64,000 nucleotides of DNA from Terriglobia bacterium (GTDB lineage Bacteria; Acidobacteriota; Terriglobia; Terriglobales; SCQP01). Position 1 is the stretch's first letter. Every line of letters starts with the position of its first letter. This document shows positions 61,987-64,000 of this stretch, piece after piece. The notes beneath the pieces are model-generated. The model was not told the DNA's origin, did not search any database, and worked only from the letters and a program-made list of their open reading frames with translations. Location: NCBI GenBank assembly GCA_021323595.1, contig JAJPKR010000052.1, forward strand, positions 28,359 to 92,358. The letters are read 5' to 3'. A program made the position numbers and the translations under genes.

Positions 61987-63012
61987 ATGGAACGGGAACT
62001 CCGCCGCAAGTTGCGTCTTTTGCCAAAGGCGGAATTGCATGTCCACCTCGAGGGCAGCCTCGATCCCGCACTGCTCCTCGAGCTCGCCCGCCGCCATGAC
62101 TGCGCCTTCGGCGTCGCCACCCTCGCCGATGCCCGCCGCCTCTACTCCTTCCACGACTTTCCCGGCTTCCTGCAAGCCATCATCGGCGCCTGCCGCCACC
62201 TGGTCACGCCCGACGATTACGCGCTGGCAGTCCGCGAGTTGACGCGCCGCCTCGCCGCCCAGGGCATCGTCTATGCCGAAGTCTTCGTCTCCATCGGCGT
62301 TCTACATTGGAGGAAAGTCGAGGTCGCCCCTTACTGGGAGGCGATCGAATCCGCCCGCCGCCAAGCCCAGGAGCAGCGGGGCGTCCGCCTGGCCTGGATC
62401 GCCGACTGCGTCCGCCAGTTCGGCTCTGAGGCCGCCCAGCGTGTCCTCGACGAGTGCATTCGACTAATGTCGAATTATTCGCTGGTGGGAATCGGCATTG
62501 GCGGCGACGAAGTTAAGGGTTCGGCGGAGTGGTTCATCGAGGTCTTTCGCCGTGCCCGTGCTGCCGGCCTGGGTCTTACCGCCCACGCCGGTGAAACTTG
62601 CGGCGCCGCTTCGGTCTGGACTGCCGCTCGCGACCTTGCCGTCCACCGTATCGGCCACGGGTTGCGTGCCGTCGAAGATCACAATCTGTTGCAGTATCTT
62701 GCAGAACACGACATTTGTCTAGACGTTTGCCAGATCTCGAACCGTAAGACCGGAGTTTGGAACGGAATCACCCCGCATTCGGTTGTTGATTTCGACAAAT
62801 GGAGAATTAAATACTCGCTGGCCAGCGACGATCCCGGCATCTTCGGCTCCTCGTTGTTGAAAGAACTCTACGCCTTCCCCCTCGACTGGCCCGCCCGTCA
62901 CCGCGCCCTGCGCCAGGGTTTTTTGGCTTCCTTCCTCCCCGACTCCGAAAAGGCCGCGTACCTCGCCGCCTTCGATGCCGCCTGGCGGCAACTGCAGCTC
63001 CCCAACCCGTGA
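61987..63012 (+). CDS. add: adenosine/adenine deaminase
   Basis: LPKAELHVHLEGSL, AHAGE, RIGHG, SDDP. Confidence 0.9.
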   Translation: MERELRRKLRLLPKAELHVHLEGSLDPALLLELARRHDCAFGVATLADARRLYSFHDFPGFLQAIIGACRHLVTPDDYALAVRELTRRLAAQGIVYAEVFVSIGVLHWRKVEVAPYWEAIESARRQAQEQRGVRLAWIADCVRQFGSEAAQRVLDECIRLMSNYSLVGIGIGGDEVKGSAEWFIEVFRRARAAGLGLTAHAGETCGAASVWTAARDLAVHRIGHGLRAVEDHNLLQYLAEHDICLDVCQISNRKTGVWNGITPHSVVDFDKWRIKYSLASDDPGIFGSSLLKELYAFPLDWPARHRALRQGFLASFLPDSEKAAYLAAFDAAWRQLQLPNP

Positions 63013-63321
63013 TCCGCGATTTTAGGGCATCCAGCGCCGTGCCCTGCGTGCGGCTGCGGCGGCGTCTGAAGCCTTTTGCTGCATGCCGGCTGCTGCTTTC
63101 CGATCCCTGTACCTGACATTTCTCAGTGCACCCGCACCGTATTCATTCAGAGAATCCCGGAATTAATGCTTTTCCTTTTAGGCCGGAGGCGGCTACCCTT
63201 GCCCAAGGGAGATGTTGTCTCCGTTGTAGCGGCAGTACCGCGCCGCGTTGCTGTACGGCGGTATCGGGAGCGGGCGTCCAGGTAGCGGGCGGCCCGGCCG
63301 CCGAGGAAGGGAGCAGTAGCA

Positions 63322-64000
63322 TGCGTGTGCTTTTGGTGTACCCCAAGCGCGATCCTCAATCGCGCGTGCGTACCCAGTTCAGCCAAGAGAGGATTCACGA
63401 ACTCTTGTTCTGGCCGCTGCGCGGCCGCAGCTACGGCCTGCAATTCAACGGCATCGAGACCTTGGCCGCGCTGACGCCGAGTTGGGTGAATCTGACCATC
63501 GTCAACGAAAACCTCAAGGACATCGACTTCGACGCCGACGTGGATTTAGTGGCGATCACCGTCATGGTGACCAACGCCACGCGCGCCTATCAAATCTCCG
63601 ATCGTTTCCGCAAACGCGGCGTCAAGGTCGTGCTCGGCGGTTATCACCCGTTCATGATTCCGCAGAACTCCCTGCAGCACGCCGACGCCATCTGCGTGAC
63701 CGAATGCGATTACCTCTGGGAGCAAATTCTCGAGGACGCGCGCGACGGCAAGCTGCAGCCGATCTACGCCCAGCCGGAAAAGACCGACATGACGAAGATG
63801 CGGCATCTCCAGCGGGTCCGCCGCTGGGATTGGCTGCACCACATCAGCCTGACGCTGCAAGCCAGCCGCGGCTGCCCCTTCGACTGCGAGTTCTGCTCGA
63901 TCATCCAGATGCTCGGCCACGACATGCGTTACAAGACGCCCGAGAATCTGACCGCCGAGCTCGAGGTGATCTACAAGAACGATCTGCTCGGCCGCTGGTA
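63322..64000 (+). CDS. B12-binding-domain radical SAM protein (runs off the right edge)
   Basis: Manual translation MRVLLVYPK...LAALTP...DLVAIT...VVLGGYHP...ASRGCPFDCEFCS; AAGGGAG RBS. Confidence 0.9.

Overview
High-GC bacterial chromosome segment, most likely Acidobacteriota (four ADOP-type orphan permeases; Acidobacteria-style tsaD, trpCFBA and ECF-sigma cassette). It covers origin-associated genes (gyrB, dnaN, rsmG, a parS site, parA, parB), but dnaA, recF and mnmG/mnmE are not in the window. It also encodes a CzcCBA-type RND efflux system, several hydrolases and thiol-redox proteins. The main signals missed by the ORF track are: (1) two probable selenoprotein genes with in-frame UGA and SECIS-like hairpins sharing an AGUU loop, namely a radical SAM enzyme ending WF-C-U-S-E-P that is translationally coupled to an ATP-grasp ligase, and an AhpC/TSA-like protein with a W-U-P-S-C site; (2) an unannotated, structured ~200-nt minus-strand RNA candidate, possibly 6S; (3) about a dozen genes with a -10 hexamer only 5-8 nt before the start codon, suggesting leaderless mRNAs; (4) a degenerate DnaA-box cluster upstream of dnaN with no adjacent dnaA; (5) a frameshifted amidohydrolase; (6) REP-like palindromes. 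No CRISPR array, tRNA, rRNA or transposase was recognised. All calls come from reading motifs by eye; no database searches were run.
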